A DNA stretch of 64,000 nucleotides from Acidobacteriota bacterium (GCA_965217775.1 CBDCJH010000002.1:2592001-2656000); one strand, 5' to 3'; positions 36,965-47,565 are shown, counted from the stretch's first letter. The notes: generated by a model not told the origin, from the sequence alone. Made by a program: numbers and translations.

Positions 36965-37981
36965 TCAGGGCGAGGCGCGAAACTCCAGGTCGTCCATCTT
37001 CCAGACGTTTAGCTGGTTGGTGGCGACTCCCATGATGGTGACGAGTGCGCCGTCCTCCACCGACTTGGATCCGGAACTGAAATAACCGGTGATGTCCAGG
37101 ACGTCCATCACCTGGTCGTCCAGGGTCCAATAGACGGTGTTGGCGTCGTCGGTCAGGTAGACACCCCAGCGCCGAGGGCGCTCCAGCAAGTCGTCGATCT
37201 CCGCCGGGTCCCGATAAACCCGGGTGGCGAGCGCCAGGCAGGGGACGGTCACGTAGGGACCACCCGTTGCGATGGCCGCCTCATGGGAGACCCTGAGTTC
37301 CTGGGGGGTCATGTTCTTGCCCTCTTCGGTCCCGAAGGCGTCCCTCGGATACTTGTCGAAGTCATCGGGCCTGAGACCGCGCACCAGGTAGACGAAGAGC
37401 CCGTCGTCTCTCAACAGATCGAAATGGAGCTGCACCCCCCGGTCCTCGTCCTCCTGGCCACCCACGAACCCGTGCCAACTGCCCAGTGTGATGCTCCACG
37501 CCTGGACCAGTTGTCCCTTCTCGTTCATTTCCTCGGGGTAGTCCTCGTGGCTGAACACGCCGACGGTCACCTCCGCGCCGTTGGTCCCGGCCAATCCGGG
37601 ATTGAAATACTTCCCGGTGGTGCCGAAACCACCCAGGACCGCTTCACCGGGACCGGGAGGGGGCGCGCGCTCGACTTCCAGCAACCAGTGCCCGTCCCGG
37701 ATTCGCGCCCGGGCCGTTGGCATGCGGGTCCACCGTTTCAGGTCGAATTGGTCCGGCGGACCGTAAGCCTGATTGAAATCGTCGCTGAACTGCACCGTCA
37801 ACTTGGCCTTGGTGGCTTCGTGCTCCGCCTGTGTCACCAGACTGGGAGCCGCGGCCTTCTCGGCTGCCGGTTCCTCGGCCACCGGCGCCTCTTGGGTTTG
37901 ACCGCCACAGCCGAGCCCGACAGCAACGGTCGCAATTGCCCCCAGGATTCCCATCCACTGCCGCACCATTCTTCTTCTCAT
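36965..37981 (-). CDS. Hypothetical lipoprotein
   Basis: 338-aa ORF with basic N-terminus, hydrophobic stretch and GLGC lipobox-like motif; operonic position. Confidence 0.75.
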   Translation of the reverse strand: MRRRMVRQWMGILGAIATVAVGLGCGGQTQEAPVAEEPAAEKAAAPSLVTQAEHEATKAKLTVQFSDDFNQAYGPPDQFDLKRWTRMPTARARIRDGHWLLEVERAPPPGPGEAVLGGFGTTGKYFNPGLAGTNGAEVTVGVFSHEDYPEEMNEKGQLVQAWSITLGSWHGFVGGQEDEDRGVQLHFDLLRDDGLFVYLVRGLRPDDFDKYPRDAFGTEEGKNMTPQELRVSHEAAIATGGPYVTVPCLALATRVYRDPAEIDDLLERPRRWGVYLTDDANTVYWTLDDQVMDVLDITGYFSSGSKSVEDGALVTIMGVATNQLNVWKMDDLEFRASP

Positions 37982-37990
37982 GGTTTCACC

Positions 37991-40009
37991 TCATTCCGAA
38001 CCGGAGCCCGGCCCGCCGGGTTCCTTGACTTCCAATTGCTGGTTGGCCTGGATGGGTCCCGAGACGACTTGCCGTTCCCCAGAAGGCCAGATCACCTCGA
38101 TCCGGTCCACGCGGCTCGCGTTGCCCAATCCGAAGTAGAGGGCCAGCCGGCTCTGCGAGAGGTAGCCCGATTTTCCGTCGTGTACCCGAGTATAACTTTG
38201 GGCTCCAGCCTGCAGCGTCACCCGTGCGCCCAGACCGTCCCGGTTGCTTCGCTCACCCTGCAGCTTCACCTTCAGATAGCTGATCGGCTTTCTCTCGGCC
38301 AGATCGCTGACCAGCACCATCGGTTCGGAGTTGAACTCGTTGGTGACGATGTCCTGGTCGCCGTCTCCATCCAAATCGAATATCACCGATGAGCGGGTCC
38401 CCAAGGCGGCCCAGACCGTGAATCGCCCGCTTCGTTGCCCACAACGGGAATGCGTTTTGTCCACGCCGTCACAATCCAGTTCGAACCAGGGTCCAGCGGT
38501 CCGGTTCCCGCGCCTGGGCTCCACACCCAGAATGAATTCGCTGTCCCGAAAGGTCTTTCCCCCGTCATTGAGCAGGACGGAATTGACCCCATAACGAAAC
38601 GGATAGTTCATGCTCGACGCGATGAAGGCATCGATGTAGCCGTCGGCGTTCAGATCTCCCGCGCTGAGGCCCCAGGGCCAGTAGTTCTCGGCGCCGACCT
38701 GGTCGGAGATTTCCCGGAACCGGCCCTGCCCCTGGTTGAGATAGAACGCATTCCCGTAGATGCTCTGCTCCCGCGGAACGGCCAGGCGCGAGGGAGTCCA
38801 TTGCATGTTCGACTTGAGCTTCTCGAAGAGGGGAGGAATGGCTTCGCTCATGTCCGAATGCATATCGGTGAGAAAGATATCCATGCGCCCGTCGTTGTCG
38901 AAATCGAAGACCTGGATTCCCATCGAGCCCCAAGGGGTCTTGAGAAACAACTCCCGGCTTTTCTTGACGAACTTCCGGCCCTCCACGTTTTCGTAGTACT
39001 CGTCGTTGCCCTGCATGTTCAGGACGTAGAGGTCGGGCCAACCGTCGCGGTTGACGTCGATGGGATTGGCGTCGCCGCTCCAACCTTCATCGACGAGTCC
39101 CATTTTCCGGGAGACCTCCTCGAACCGGCGATTGCCCAGGTTCCTGTAGAGCTGGCTCTTCTCCGTACGCTCCGGCCGCAGGTGCCCTCCGAAAGCATCG
39201 TCCACCCCGACGTAGTAACCTCCCCTGCCGACCTGGTCGGTGGTGTAAACGCCCACATTGGTCACGAACAGGTCAAGGAGACCGTCTCGATCATAATCGA
39301 AGAAGACGCTTCCGGATGAGTGCCCCGAGTAGACGAGGCCCGATTCACTGGTCACGTCCCGGAACCGGCCCTTTCCGCTGTTTTCGAACAGGATGTTTCC
39401 CTGCCGCACGGTGGTAACGAAGAGGTCGGCGTCCCCGTCGTTGTCGACGTCGGCGAAGGAGGCCGCCACACTGATCCTGTCGGCCAAGCCGACTCCGGCC
39501 ACTTCGGTCAGGTCCCGGAACCGGCCGCGTCCCAGGTTTTTCCAGAGTTGATTGGCTCCAATCTGGTTGAGGAAATAGATGTCCTCAAGCCCGTCGCCGT
39601 CCACGTCCGCGGCGGCGATTCCGTTCCCGTGATCGTAGTGCACCGGTTTCCAGTACTTCCCCGAATCATCCACGATCCGGTGGACGAACTCGATTCCGCT
39701 CTCTTTCAAGCGGTCCGAGAACCGAAAATCGTGAAATACGCCGAGGGTGTCCTTGCTTTCGATCTGCAGTTCCTTTCGGATCTCCATCCATTCCGGCGCC
39801 AGCACCGTATCCGGAACCGGCAACACTTGCGCCGCGACCTGGGAGTCCTCCTTCTGTGCGGCGGCGTCCCGGCTCCAACCGGAAAGGACCAGAACCTGGA
39901 CCACCACCGTCAGCCACACCCACGATCGGCCTGAGAAGAGCCGTCCGAGAATCTCTTTCCCGGCCAGATGAGCTGTCCTCATGATTCGTTTCGTCCGGCT
40001 ACCGCTCAT
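37991..40009 (-). CDS. CRTAC1-family protein (FG-GAP repeats plus ASPIC/UnbV)
   Basis: DVDGDGLEDIYF, DYDRDGLLDLFV repeats; SNRDGLGARV, SGYLSQS..LYFGLG, IWPSG; start uncertain. Confidence 0.9.
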   Translation of the reverse strand: MSGSRTKRIMRTAHLAGKEILGRLFSGRSWVWLTVVVQVLVLSGWSRDAAAQKEDSQVAAQVLPVPDTVLAPEWMEIRKELQIESKDTLGVFHDFRFSDRLKESGIEFVHRIVDDSGKYWKPVHYDHGNGIAAADVDGDGLEDIYFLNQIGANQLWKNLGRGRFRDLTEVAGVGLADRISVAASFADVDNDGDADLFVTTVRQGNILFENSGKGRFRDVTSESGLVYSGHSSGSVFFDYDRDGLLDLFVTNVGVYTTDQVGRGGYYVGVDDAFGGHLRPERTEKSQLYRNLGNRRFEEVSRKMGLVDEGWSGDANPIDVNRDGWPDLYVLNMQGNDEYYENVEGRKFVKKSRELFLKTPWGSMGIQVFDFDNDGRMDIFLTDMHSDMSEAIPPLFEKLKSNMQWTPSRLAVPREQSIYGNAFYLNQGQGRFREISDQVGAENYWPWGLSAGDLNADGYIDAFIASSMNYPFRYGVNSVLLNDGGKTFRDSEFILGVEPRRGNRTAGPWFELDCDGVDKTHSRCGQRSGRFTVWAALGTRSSVIFDLDGDGDQDIVTNEFNSEPMVLVSDLAERKPISYLKVKLQGERSNRDGLGARVTLQAGAQSYTRVHDGKSGYLSQSRLALYFGLGNASRVDRIEVIWPSGERQVVSGPIQANQQLEVKEPGGPGSGSE

Positions 40010-40074
40010 TTCGTCCCAGTATACTGCCGATTTCGGTTGACGATAGGAGCCTCGCGCGCCTGTGAACCAAGCCC

Positions 40075-41829
40075 TCACTCGGAACCGCAAGGCTGTCCCG
40101 ATCCGCGGCGTAACGTCACGTAGCGGCCGGACTCTCGGACGGGCCAGACCTCGCATCGGCCGTCCGGCCATTCGACGGCAATGCCCTGTATCTCCGTGGC
40201 GGTGCCGAGTCCGAAATGAACTCTTCCGTCATGGGCGCTCAGATAGCTTCCATCGGTTCGGCAGCGGCGCAAGAGGGGCCGGATTCCCTCCCGCAGCACG
40301 GCAACTCCTGCCTGGTCGATCCCGGCATAGGGGCTCTTCTCTCCTTCCAAGCGGACGCCCAGCCAGCGTCGGCCCGACGGCGCCTGGTTGAGCAGGAGAC
40401 GAACCGGTCCGTTGTTGTTGGACACCACGACATCCACGTCTCCATCGTCGTCCACGTCTCCGAAAGCGGCGCCCCGGCTGACCTCGGCCCGTTCCATTCC
40501 CGGTCCGGCGGCGGAGGCGGCCACTTCCCGATACTCGCCCCGGCCGTGGTTCCGAAAAAGCTGGTTCTTCTGGGCGTAGGGATAGGACGAATCGGAAGGC
40601 TGGTTCTCATCCACGGTGACCGCACCGTTGGCGACGAACAGGTCCAACCAGCCATCGTGATCGTAGTCGAACCAGAGGGTACCGAACCCGGTATAGGGGA
40701 CACTCGCCTGGGCTAGTCCGAATCGAGCGGTAGCGTCGGCGAACCCCCTGGCCAGGTCGCTCAGGTAGAGGGTGTTGGTCTCTCGCTGGTTGTGGGTGAC
40801 GAAGATGTCCTCGTCGCCGTCGCCGTCGAAATCGGCGGCCGTCACGCCCATGCCCGCCTCCGCGACTCCGTCGGCGTTGTAGGCGACCCCCGACATCAGC
40901 CCGAAATCCTCGAAGCCTTCCTCGCCGCCGTTGATCCACAGTTGATTGGGAGTCCCGTCGTTGGCGACGTAGAGATCCAGTCGGCGGTCCCGGTTGGCGT
41001 CCACCGCGATGACGCCCAATCCGGCTCCGAAGGCGGCGCCCAGGCCGGCTTCCTCGCTGGCGTCTTCGAACTTGCCGCCCCCCAGGTTCCGAAACAGCCG
41101 GTCCGGCACCGGCTCGTAGACGCTGGGCGAACAGTAGTCCCGGCGGATCTCGCCGCAGACCTTGTTTCCCTTCACTGTGAAGGAGACGTAGTTGGCGACG
41201 TAGAGGTCCAGGTCGCCGTCCCCGTCGTAGTCCAGAAAGGTGGCGCTGGTACTGAACCTGGGGTCGTCCACGCCGGCCTCTCCCGTCACGTCCTTGAAGG
41301 TCCCGTCGCCACGGTTCCGATACAACACGTTGGGTCCGAAATTGGTCAGGTAGAGGTCCGGATCGCCGTCCCCGTCGTAGTCGCCGACGGCCAGACCCAT
41401 TCCGTACCCTTCGTGTCCCACACCGGCGCCGTCGGTGGCATCGATGAACCCGAGCCGTCCCGTCTCCTTCAACTGATTGCGGAAGAGGCGGTTGCGCGGC
41501 GGCGAGGGTCCCGGGAACGGAAACAGGGATTGGGAGAGGTTCTTGGACGGGTCGAGCATCGCTCCCTGGATCAGGTAGACGTCCAGGTCGCCGTCCCCGT
41601 CGTAGTCCAGCAGGCCTACTCCGGAGCCCATGATCTCGGGCAGATGGTACTCCCCGGTGGCGCCGACGAAATGATGGAAGTCCAGGCCCAACTCACGGGC
41701 CGATTCCCGGAAGACGGAATTCTCCCCCGCCTCCAGGTGTCCGCCGGCCAAGATTCCGGCCAAAGTCAAAACGCATGCCGGCGGAAAACGGCTCATGAGA
41801 ACCCTCTTCCTACTGGGTGCCAAAAGCAC
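40075..41829 (-). CDS. CRTAC1-family protein
   Basis: DYDGDGDLDVY repeats, VSRGAAFGDVDDDGDVD, GSYLSAHD..HFGLG. Confidence 0.92.
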   Translation of the reverse strand: MLLAPSRKRVLMSRFPPACVLTLAGILAGGHLEAGENSVFRESARELGLDFHHFVGATGEYHLPEIMGSGVGLLDYDGDGDLDVYLIQGAMLDPSKNLSQSLFPFPGPSPPRNRLFRNQLKETGRLGFIDATDGAGVGHEGYGMGLAVGDYDGDGDPDLYLTNFGPNVLYRNRGDGTFKDVTGEAGVDDPRFSTSATFLDYDGDGDLDLYVANYVSFTVKGNKVCGEIRRDYCSPSVYEPVPDRLFRNLGGGKFEDASEEAGLGAAFGAGLGVIAVDANRDRRLDLYVANDGTPNQLWINGGEEGFEDFGLMSGVAYNADGVAEAGMGVTAADFDGDGDEDIFVTHNQRETNTLYLSDLARGFADATARFGLAQASVPYTGFGTLWFDYDHDGWLDLFVANGAVTVDENQPSDSSYPYAQKNQLFRNHGRGEYREVAASAAGPGMERAEVSRGAAFGDVDDDGDVDVVVSNNNGPVRLLLNQAPSGRRWLGVRLEGEKSPYAGIDQAGVAVLREGIRPLLRRCRTDGSYLSAHDGRVHFGLGTATEIQGIAVEWPDGRCEVWPVRESGRYVTLRRGSGQPCGSE

Positions 41830-43294
41830 TCATCCCCTCCAGACGGGCCAGGAGTGCCTCTATTTCCCGCAGCAGGGAATGCTGGCTCGACGCAGCGGCC
41901 ATCCGCTTCGCCTTCAACGCGGCCTCCCTGGCCTTCTGAAACTGTTTCAGCTCGATCCGGACCAGGGCCAAGGTGTGCAGGTACACGGGCGTGCCCTCGT
42001 TTTCGGGTTCCAACGTCCTCTCCAAGTGCCGAACCGCTTCGGCGGGCTTGCCCTGGCTCATGAGCAGGCGGGCCAGATTGAAGTGGGGGAGATGGAAATT
42101 GGGCTCGTACCGGATGGCCAGACGGAAATGCCGGGCCGCTTCATCGGCCTGACCCTTCTGCGCCAGCAGATACCCCAGGTTGTTGTGGCTCAGGGCATGA
42201 TAAGGGTTGATCTCCAAGGCCTTTCTCAGAGCTTCCTCGGCCTCTCCCATGCGTCCGGACATGCCCAAAAACATGCCGAAGTTGTAGTGGGTCTTGTACA
42301 TGCCCGGATCGATGGCCACTGCCTTGCGATAGTGGTTCTCCACCTTGACCGGGTCACGCAACACGACGTACAGGGAGGAGAGATTCCCGTGGACCACCGA
42401 GTGATCCGGATCGATCTCCAGGGCCTTCAGAAAAGCGGTTTCCGCGGCCCGGAAATCGCCTTGGTCGCGAAGGGAGATCCCCTCTTCCAGATACCAGGTG
42501 GCTCCGGAGGCGAGTGACTGGATCGCGTCCAGCAACGGATCCTGACGGGGAGGCTCCTTGGTCGAGCTGCGCCGGAACTGGACGAGATGCTCCCGCATCT
42601 TGGCTCCGTCGCCCAGGTTCCGGTAGGCCAACCCGAGAGCGTAGTGGCTGGCCCCGAATTCAGGGAACAATTCGCACGCCTTCCGGAAGTGTTCCACCGC
42701 TCCCGGCAGATCGCCCGTGTCGGCGTGGACGCGCCCCAACCCATAGTGGGCCACGGCCGACCCGGGGTGGTCCCGAATGATCCGTTGGTACGTTTCGCGG
42801 CTATCATCCGGCTGGCCCAATTGCCGGAGGACGTCGGCAAGCGCCAAGCGCGCGGGAAGGTCATCCGGTTTGAGCGCCACGGCCTGACGAAACGCGGACG
42901 CCGCTCCCTCCAGATTTCCCAGCGGGACCCGGACGGCTCCCAGGTAGTAGGCCCAGGGGTAATGGTCGGGGGCCAGCAGGTGAGACCTGAGATAGAGCGG
43001 CTCCGCCAGCTTGTAGCGCTCATGGGCGTGGAGGATCATGCCCAGTTTGCCGTTGGCCTCCGCGGACTTGGGCTCCGAGCGCAACCGGTTCGCGGCCGCC
43101 TCGATCTGTTCCCAGGCCCTGGCGTCGAACTCACCCTTCCACGGGGCCGGATCCGGGACGGGGGGAAGTTCTTCCACCGGGGCCGGGGTCGCGAAGGAGA
43201 CCGTGAAGCTCAGGCTCAGAACCATCAGGACCACGCCCACGTCCTTCCTTTGCCCGTTCCTCGAGAACCACCAGCGTCCCGTTTGTCTGCTCAT
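41810..43294 (-). CDS. Tetratricopeptide repeat protein
   Basis: Multiple TPR units (AHYGLGRV, HYNFGMFL, SHNNLGYLL); ATGA overlap with the upstream stop. Confidence 0.9.
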   Translation of the reverse strand: MSRQTGRWWFSRNGQRKDVGVVLMVLSLSFTVSFATPAPVEELPPVPDPAPWKGEFDARAWEQIEAAANRLRSEPKSAEANGKLGMILHAHERYKLAEPLYLRSHLLAPDHYPWAYYLGAVRVPLGNLEGAASAFRQAVALKPDDLPARLALADVLRQLGQPDDSRETYQRIIRDHPGSAVAHYGLGRVHADTGDLPGAVEHFRKACELFPEFGASHYALGLAYRNLGDGAKMREHLVQFRRSSTKEPPRQDPLLDAIQSLASGATWYLEEGISLRDQGDFRAAETAFLKALEIDPDHSVVHGNLSSLYVVLRDPVKVENHYRKAVAIDPGMYKTHYNFGMFLGMSGRMGEAEEALRKALEINPYHALSHNNLGYLLAQKGQADEAARHFRLAIRYEPNFHLPHFNLARLLMSQGKPAEAVRHLERTLEPENEGTPVYLHTLALVRIELKQFQKAREAALKAKRMAAASSQHSLLREIEALLARLEGMSAFGTQ

Positions 43295-45060
43295 GGGTTC
43301 GTCACCGTATTTCCGCTGCCCCGATAGAGAACCGTATATTGGTCGATGCGCAGCCCGCTCCACTCCTCCACCTTTCCGTCCGTCCACCAGGCGCGAACCT
43401 TCAATACCCGCGTCTCGTCTCCGAGTCCGAAGAGCAGCCTGGTATCGTTGGCGGAGGCGTAACTCCCGTCAGTCCGGACCCGGCGCCAGAGTGCCTGATC
43501 CCCCGGCAGAAATACACTCACTCGAGTGCCCAGCAGGTCCCTCTTGAGCCGCCGATCCATCAACCGCAGTCCCAGCCAATGGCGCCGCTGGCCCACCTGG
43601 TTGATCAACAATCGCGCCCGGCCGTTGTTGTTGACCACCAGGACATCCGTGTCGCCGTCGTTGTCCACATCCCCGAAGGCCCCGCCCCGGCTCACTTCCG
43701 AGAGCTCGAAAACCGGACCGGCCCCACTCGTCACGTCCTCGAACCGCCCCCCGCCCACGTTGCGGAAGAGTTGGTTGGGCTGATGAAGCGGGAAGGGATC
43801 ATTTTGCTTGGCCAGGGCGTCGAGAGTGTCGACATGGCCGTTCAGAGCCAGGACGTCCAGCCAGCCATCGTTGTCGTAGTCCAGAAAGGCGGTTCCGAAT
43901 CCGGTGTAGGGGACGCTGGGGGGCGCGAGCCGGGTCCCGGAGGACTCGTCCTCGAACCAGCCGGTGCCGTCGTTCCGGTAGAGGGTGTTGGTCTCGTTCA
44001 GGAGATGCGTCATGAACAGATCTTCGTCGCCGTCGTTGTCGAAGTCCGCCGCATCCACGCCCATGCTCGACTCCGCCTTCCCATCCTTGTTGAAGGCACA
44101 GCCCGCCAGCAACGCTTCGTTGCTGAAGGTTCCGTCCTTCTGATTCATCCAGAGATGATTGGGCCGCTGGTCGTTGGCCACGTAGAGGTCGATCCAGCCA
44201 TCCTGGTTGAAGTCGGCCGTGACCACCCCCAGGGAACCATTGTATTGGCGGGCGATCTGGGATGGGGCCGAAACGTCCTCGAACCTGCCGTCACCCCGGT
44301 TGCGAAACAACTGGTCCGGGACCGGCTCGTAACTGAGCGGCCCACAATAGTCGACGCGCCCCGTCACACCGAAACAGTCCTTGGTGTAGGCGAAGCTGAA
44401 GTTGACGTAGTTGCCGACGAAGAGATCGAGCCACCCGTCGCGGTCGTAGTCCAGGAACGCCGCGCTGACGCTCCACCGGGGCGCGGCCTCTTCCGGCATC
44501 GCAGCCTCGCTGAAGCTGCCGTCCCCGTTGTTGCGGAACAACTGGTTGCGCCCGAAGTTGGTCACGTAGAGGTCGATCCAGCCGTCGTTGTCGACATCGG
44601 CCGCCGCCGCTCCCATGCCGTATCCGGTGGCCTCGATACCGCTCTCCCCGGTGACGTCGGTGAAGTGCAGGTTCCGGCTCCCGTCCGCCCGGAGCTCCAG
44701 GTCGTTCCGATACAAACGGTCTCTCGGAGGCAACGGGACCCGGGGAGGAAAGAGGGAGTCCTTCAGCGTCTTTTCCGACCCCAACATGTTGCCCTGGACG
44801 ATATAGAGGTCCAGGTCTCCGTCGTTGTCGTAGTCGAACAGAGCGCCACCCGATCCCACCACCTCACAGAAGTACTTCTCCCCCGACATCCCGTTGAAGT
44901 GCACGAAATCGATCCCAACCGCCTGAGCCTGGTCGGTAAAGACGCCGGGTCCGGAGGTCACGACGTCCGACATGAAGAACAGCAAAATCATAAGACCCGC
45001 ACCTGCGACGGGCGTCCGCCGGTCTCCATGGACTCGGCGCTGCCCCCTTCGCCGGTTCAT
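43291..45060 (-). CDS. CRTAC1-family protein
   Basis: FG-GAP DxDNDG repeats and ASPIC C-terminus; near-duplicate of the next gene. Confidence 0.92.
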   Translation of the reverse strand: MNRRRGQRRVHGDRRTPVAGAGLMILLFFMSDVVTSGPGVFTDQAQAVGIDFVHFNGMSGEKYFCEVVGSGGALFDYDNDGDLDLYIVQGNMLGSEKTLKDSLFPPRVPLPPRDRLYRNDLELRADGSRNLHFTDVTGESGIEATGYGMGAAAADVDNDGWIDLYVTNFGRNQLFRNNGDGSFSEAAMPEEAAPRWSVSAAFLDYDRDGWLDLFVGNYVNFSFAYTKDCFGVTGRVDYCGPLSYEPVPDQLFRNRGDGRFEDVSAPSQIARQYNGSLGVVTADFNQDGWIDLYVANDQRPNHLWMNQKDGTFSNEALLAGCAFNKDGKAESSMGVDAADFDNDGDEDLFMTHLLNETNTLYRNDGTGWFEDESSGTRLAPPSVPYTGFGTAFLDYDNDGWLDVLALNGHVDTLDALAKQNDPFPLHQPNQLFRNVGGGRFEDVTSGAGPVFELSEVSRGGAFGDVDNDGDTDVLVVNNNGRARLLINQVGQRRHWLGLRLMDRRLKRDLLGTRVSVFLPGDQALWRRVRTDGSYASANDTRLLFGLGDETRVLKVRAWWTDGKVEEWSGLRIDQYTVLYRGSGNTVTNP

Positions 45061-46868
45061 CGTTTCGTCACCGCGGTTCCGCTATCCCGATAGAGAACCG
45101 TATATTGATCGACGGGCAATCCGCTCCATTCCTCCACGTTTCCGTCTATCCAATATGCGCGGACCTTCAATATCTGTGTCCCGTCTCCGAGTCCGAAGAG
45201 CAGCCTGGAATCGTTGGACGAGGCATAACTCCCATCGGTCCGGACTCGGCGCCACAGGGTCCGCCCTCCACTCAGGAACACCGCGACTCGAGTGCCCAGC
45301 AAGTCCCTCTTGAGCCGCCGGTCCATCAACCGCAGTCCCAGCCAATGGCGCTCCTCCCCTATCTGGTTGATCAACAGCCGCGCCCGGCCGTTGTTGTTGA
45401 CCAACAGGACATCCGTGTCGCCGTCGTTGTCCACGTCCCCGAAAGCCCCGCCCCGGCTCACTTCCGAGAGTTCGAATACGGGTCCGGCCCCTCCGGTCAC
45501 GTCCTCGAACTGGTCGCCGTCCAAGTTGCGGAAGAGTTGATTGGGCTGATGAAGCGGGTAGGGGTCGTTGTTGTTGGCCAGGGCCTCGAGGGTGGAGACA
45601 TGGCCGTTCAGAGCCAGGACGTCCAACCAGCCATCATTGTCGTAGTCCAGAAAGGCCGTTCCGAATCCGGTGAAGGGGAAGCTGGGGGGCGCGAGCCGGG
45701 TACCCGAGGACTGGTCCTCGAACCAGCCGCCGCCGTCGTTCCGGTAGAGGGTGTTGGTCTCGTTCCGGAGATGGGTCATGAACAGATCTTCGTCGCCGTC
45801 GTTGTCGAAGTCCGCCGCATCCACACCCATGCTCGATTCCGCCTTCCCGTCCTTGTTGAAGGCGCAGCCCGCCAGCAACGCCTCGTTGCTGAAGGTTCCG
45901 TCTTTCTGGTTCATCCAGAGATGATTGGGCCGCTGGTCGTTGGCCACGTAGAGGTCGATCCATCCATCCTGGTTGAAGTCGGCCGTGACCACCCCCAGGG
46001 AACCGTTGTATTGGCGGGCGATCTGGGACGCGGCTGATGCATCCTCAAAGGTCCCGTCTCCCCGGTTGCGAAACAACTGGTCCGGGACCGGCTCGTAACT
46101 GAGCGGCCCGCAATAGTCGACGCGCCCGGTCGAACCGAAACAGGCCTTGGTGTGGGAGTAACTGAAGTTGACGTAGTTGCCGACGAAGAGGTCGAGCCAA
46201 CCGTCGCGATCGTAGTCCAGGAACGCCGCGCTGACGCTCCACCGGCCTGTGGCCTTTTCCGGCATCGCGACCTCGCTGAAGCTGCCGTCCCCGTGGTTGC
46301 GAAACAACTGGTTCCGACCGAAGTTGGTCACGTAGAGATCGATCCAGCCGTCGTTGTCGACATCGGCCGCCGCCGCTCCCATGCCGTATCCGGTGGCCTC
46401 GATTCTGCTCTCTTCGGTGACGTCAGTGAAGCGCAGGACCCGGCCCCCGTCCGCCCGGGTCTCCAGGTCGTTTCGATACAAGCGGTCTCTCGGGGGCAAC
46501 GGGACCCGGGGAGGAAAAAGCGAGTCCTTCAGACTCTTTTTCGGCCCCAACATATTGCCCTGGACGATATAAAGATCCAGGTCACCGTCGTTGTCGTAAT
46601 CGAACAGGGCGCCGCCGGACCCCACCATCTCACAGTAGTACTTCTCTCCCGACATCCCGTTGAAGTGGACGAAATCGATTCCCGCCGCCTGAGCTTGATC
46701 GCTGAAGAGGACCGTGTCCGAGTCCGATCCGGCCAGAGGCGCCAGGTGCGCTTGCAGGAAAAGAGCGGCGAAGAGCCCGAGCCAACCATGGAAGGCGAAT
46801 CGAAATGCCACCTTGACGTGGCTTGCCTCGAGTGGATTCCGTGCCTCCCTGCCGGGTGTTTTCGTCAT
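45057..46868 (-). CDS. CRTAC1-family protein
   Basis: Same motifs as the neighbouring copy; ATGA overlap at 45057-45060. Confidence 0.92.
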   Translation of the reverse strand: MTKTPGREARNPLEASHVKVAFRFAFHGWLGLFAALFLQAHLAPLAGSDSDTVLFSDQAQAAGIDFVHFNGMSGEKYYCEMVGSGGALFDYDNDGDLDLYIVQGNMLGPKKSLKDSLFPPRVPLPPRDRLYRNDLETRADGGRVLRFTDVTEESRIEATGYGMGAAAADVDNDGWIDLYVTNFGRNQLFRNHGDGSFSEVAMPEKATGRWSVSAAFLDYDRDGWLDLFVGNYVNFSYSHTKACFGSTGRVDYCGPLSYEPVPDQLFRNRGDGTFEDASAASQIARQYNGSLGVVTADFNQDGWIDLYVANDQRPNHLWMNQKDGTFSNEALLAGCAFNKDGKAESSMGVDAADFDNDGDEDLFMTHLRNETNTLYRNDGGGWFEDQSSGTRLAPPSFPFTGFGTAFLDYDNDGWLDVLALNGHVSTLEALANNNDPYPLHQPNQLFRNLDGDQFEDVTGGAGPVFELSEVSRGGAFGDVDNDGDTDVLLVNNNGRARLLINQIGEERHWLGLRLMDRRLKRDLLGTRVAVFLSGGRTLWRRVRTDGSYASSNDSRLLFGLGDGTQILKVRAYWIDGNVEEWSGLPVDQYTVLYRDSGTAVTKR

Positions 46869-46883
46869 CGGAATTGCGAATGC

Positions 46884-47318
46884 CTATCCCAGGGGATCAA
46901 CGACGGTCAAAAACGGGAACCGATTGAAATCGGTGTCACGGGTGCAGATCCGGCTGACGCCGTGTTCCCGCATCAACACGGCAGTATGGAGATCGTGAAA
47001 GAGGTTGCCGGCGAGATCCGGGAATTCCTTCAGGGTCCAAGCAAATACCGTGGCGTGGCGCTCGGTCGCCACCAGCAGATCGAAGCCCGGCGACTCCAGC
47101 AACGCTCGTAGAAAATCCCATGACTCTCCCGGCGTCCAAGGGAACCTCGAGACGCGCGGGTGCGTCGTCACCCGCAAGAACTCGTAACAGACGTTCCAGG
47201 TGAGAAAAGCGGGCGACGGATCGTCGCGAGCCTGCATGATCTTTCGCCGGCAGCGATCATGAAACGGTGAAACTTCGTCAACCGCGTAAACGAGAACGTT
47301 GGTGTCGAAGACCAGCAC
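46884..47318 (-). CDS. vapC: PIN-domain toxin (VapC family)
   Basis: VFDTNVLVYA, YEFLRVTTHPR, FHDLHTAVLM, CTRDTDFNRF. Confidence 0.92.
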   Translation of the reverse strand: MLVFDTNVLVYAVDEVSPFHDRCRRKIMQARDDPSPAFLTWNVCYEFLRVTTHPRVSRFPWTPGESWDFLRALLESPGFDLLVATERHATVFAWTLKEFPDLAGNLFHDLHTAVLMREHGVSRICTRDTDFNRFPFLTVVDPLG

Positions 47319-47558
47319 TCACACCTCGTCCATCATTCGGTAGAGCCCCTCGCGGTCGGCGATGTCGACCCGGAGCCCCCCGCTTTTCCAGGTGGGCAAC
47401 GGTGGCAGGGGTTCCCGACGATCCTCGATTTGCGTATTCCCGGCGAGAACACGCCTGAGTCCCGCCTCAACGAGAGCGGACATGGTGGTTCCGCGCCGGG
47501 CCGCTTCTTCCCGTAGCCGCTGCATCACCGTATCGTCGATGTTGAGGGTCGTTTTCAT
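47319..47558 (-). CDS. vapB: Ribbon-helix-helix antitoxin (VapB family)
   Basis: MKTTLNIDD..REEAARRGTTMSALVEAGLRR, directly upstream of the PIN gene. Confidence 0.88.
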   Translation of the reverse strand: MKTTLNIDDTVMQRLREEAARRGTTMSALVEAGLRRVLAGNTQIEDRREPLPPLPTWKSGGLRVDIADREGLYRMMDEV

Positions 47559-47565
47559 ATGGAAA

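Noticed and set aside
37991-46868. UnbV-like genes as an enediyne biosynthetic cluster
   Set aside because: No PKS, thioesterase or other biosynthetic genes are present.
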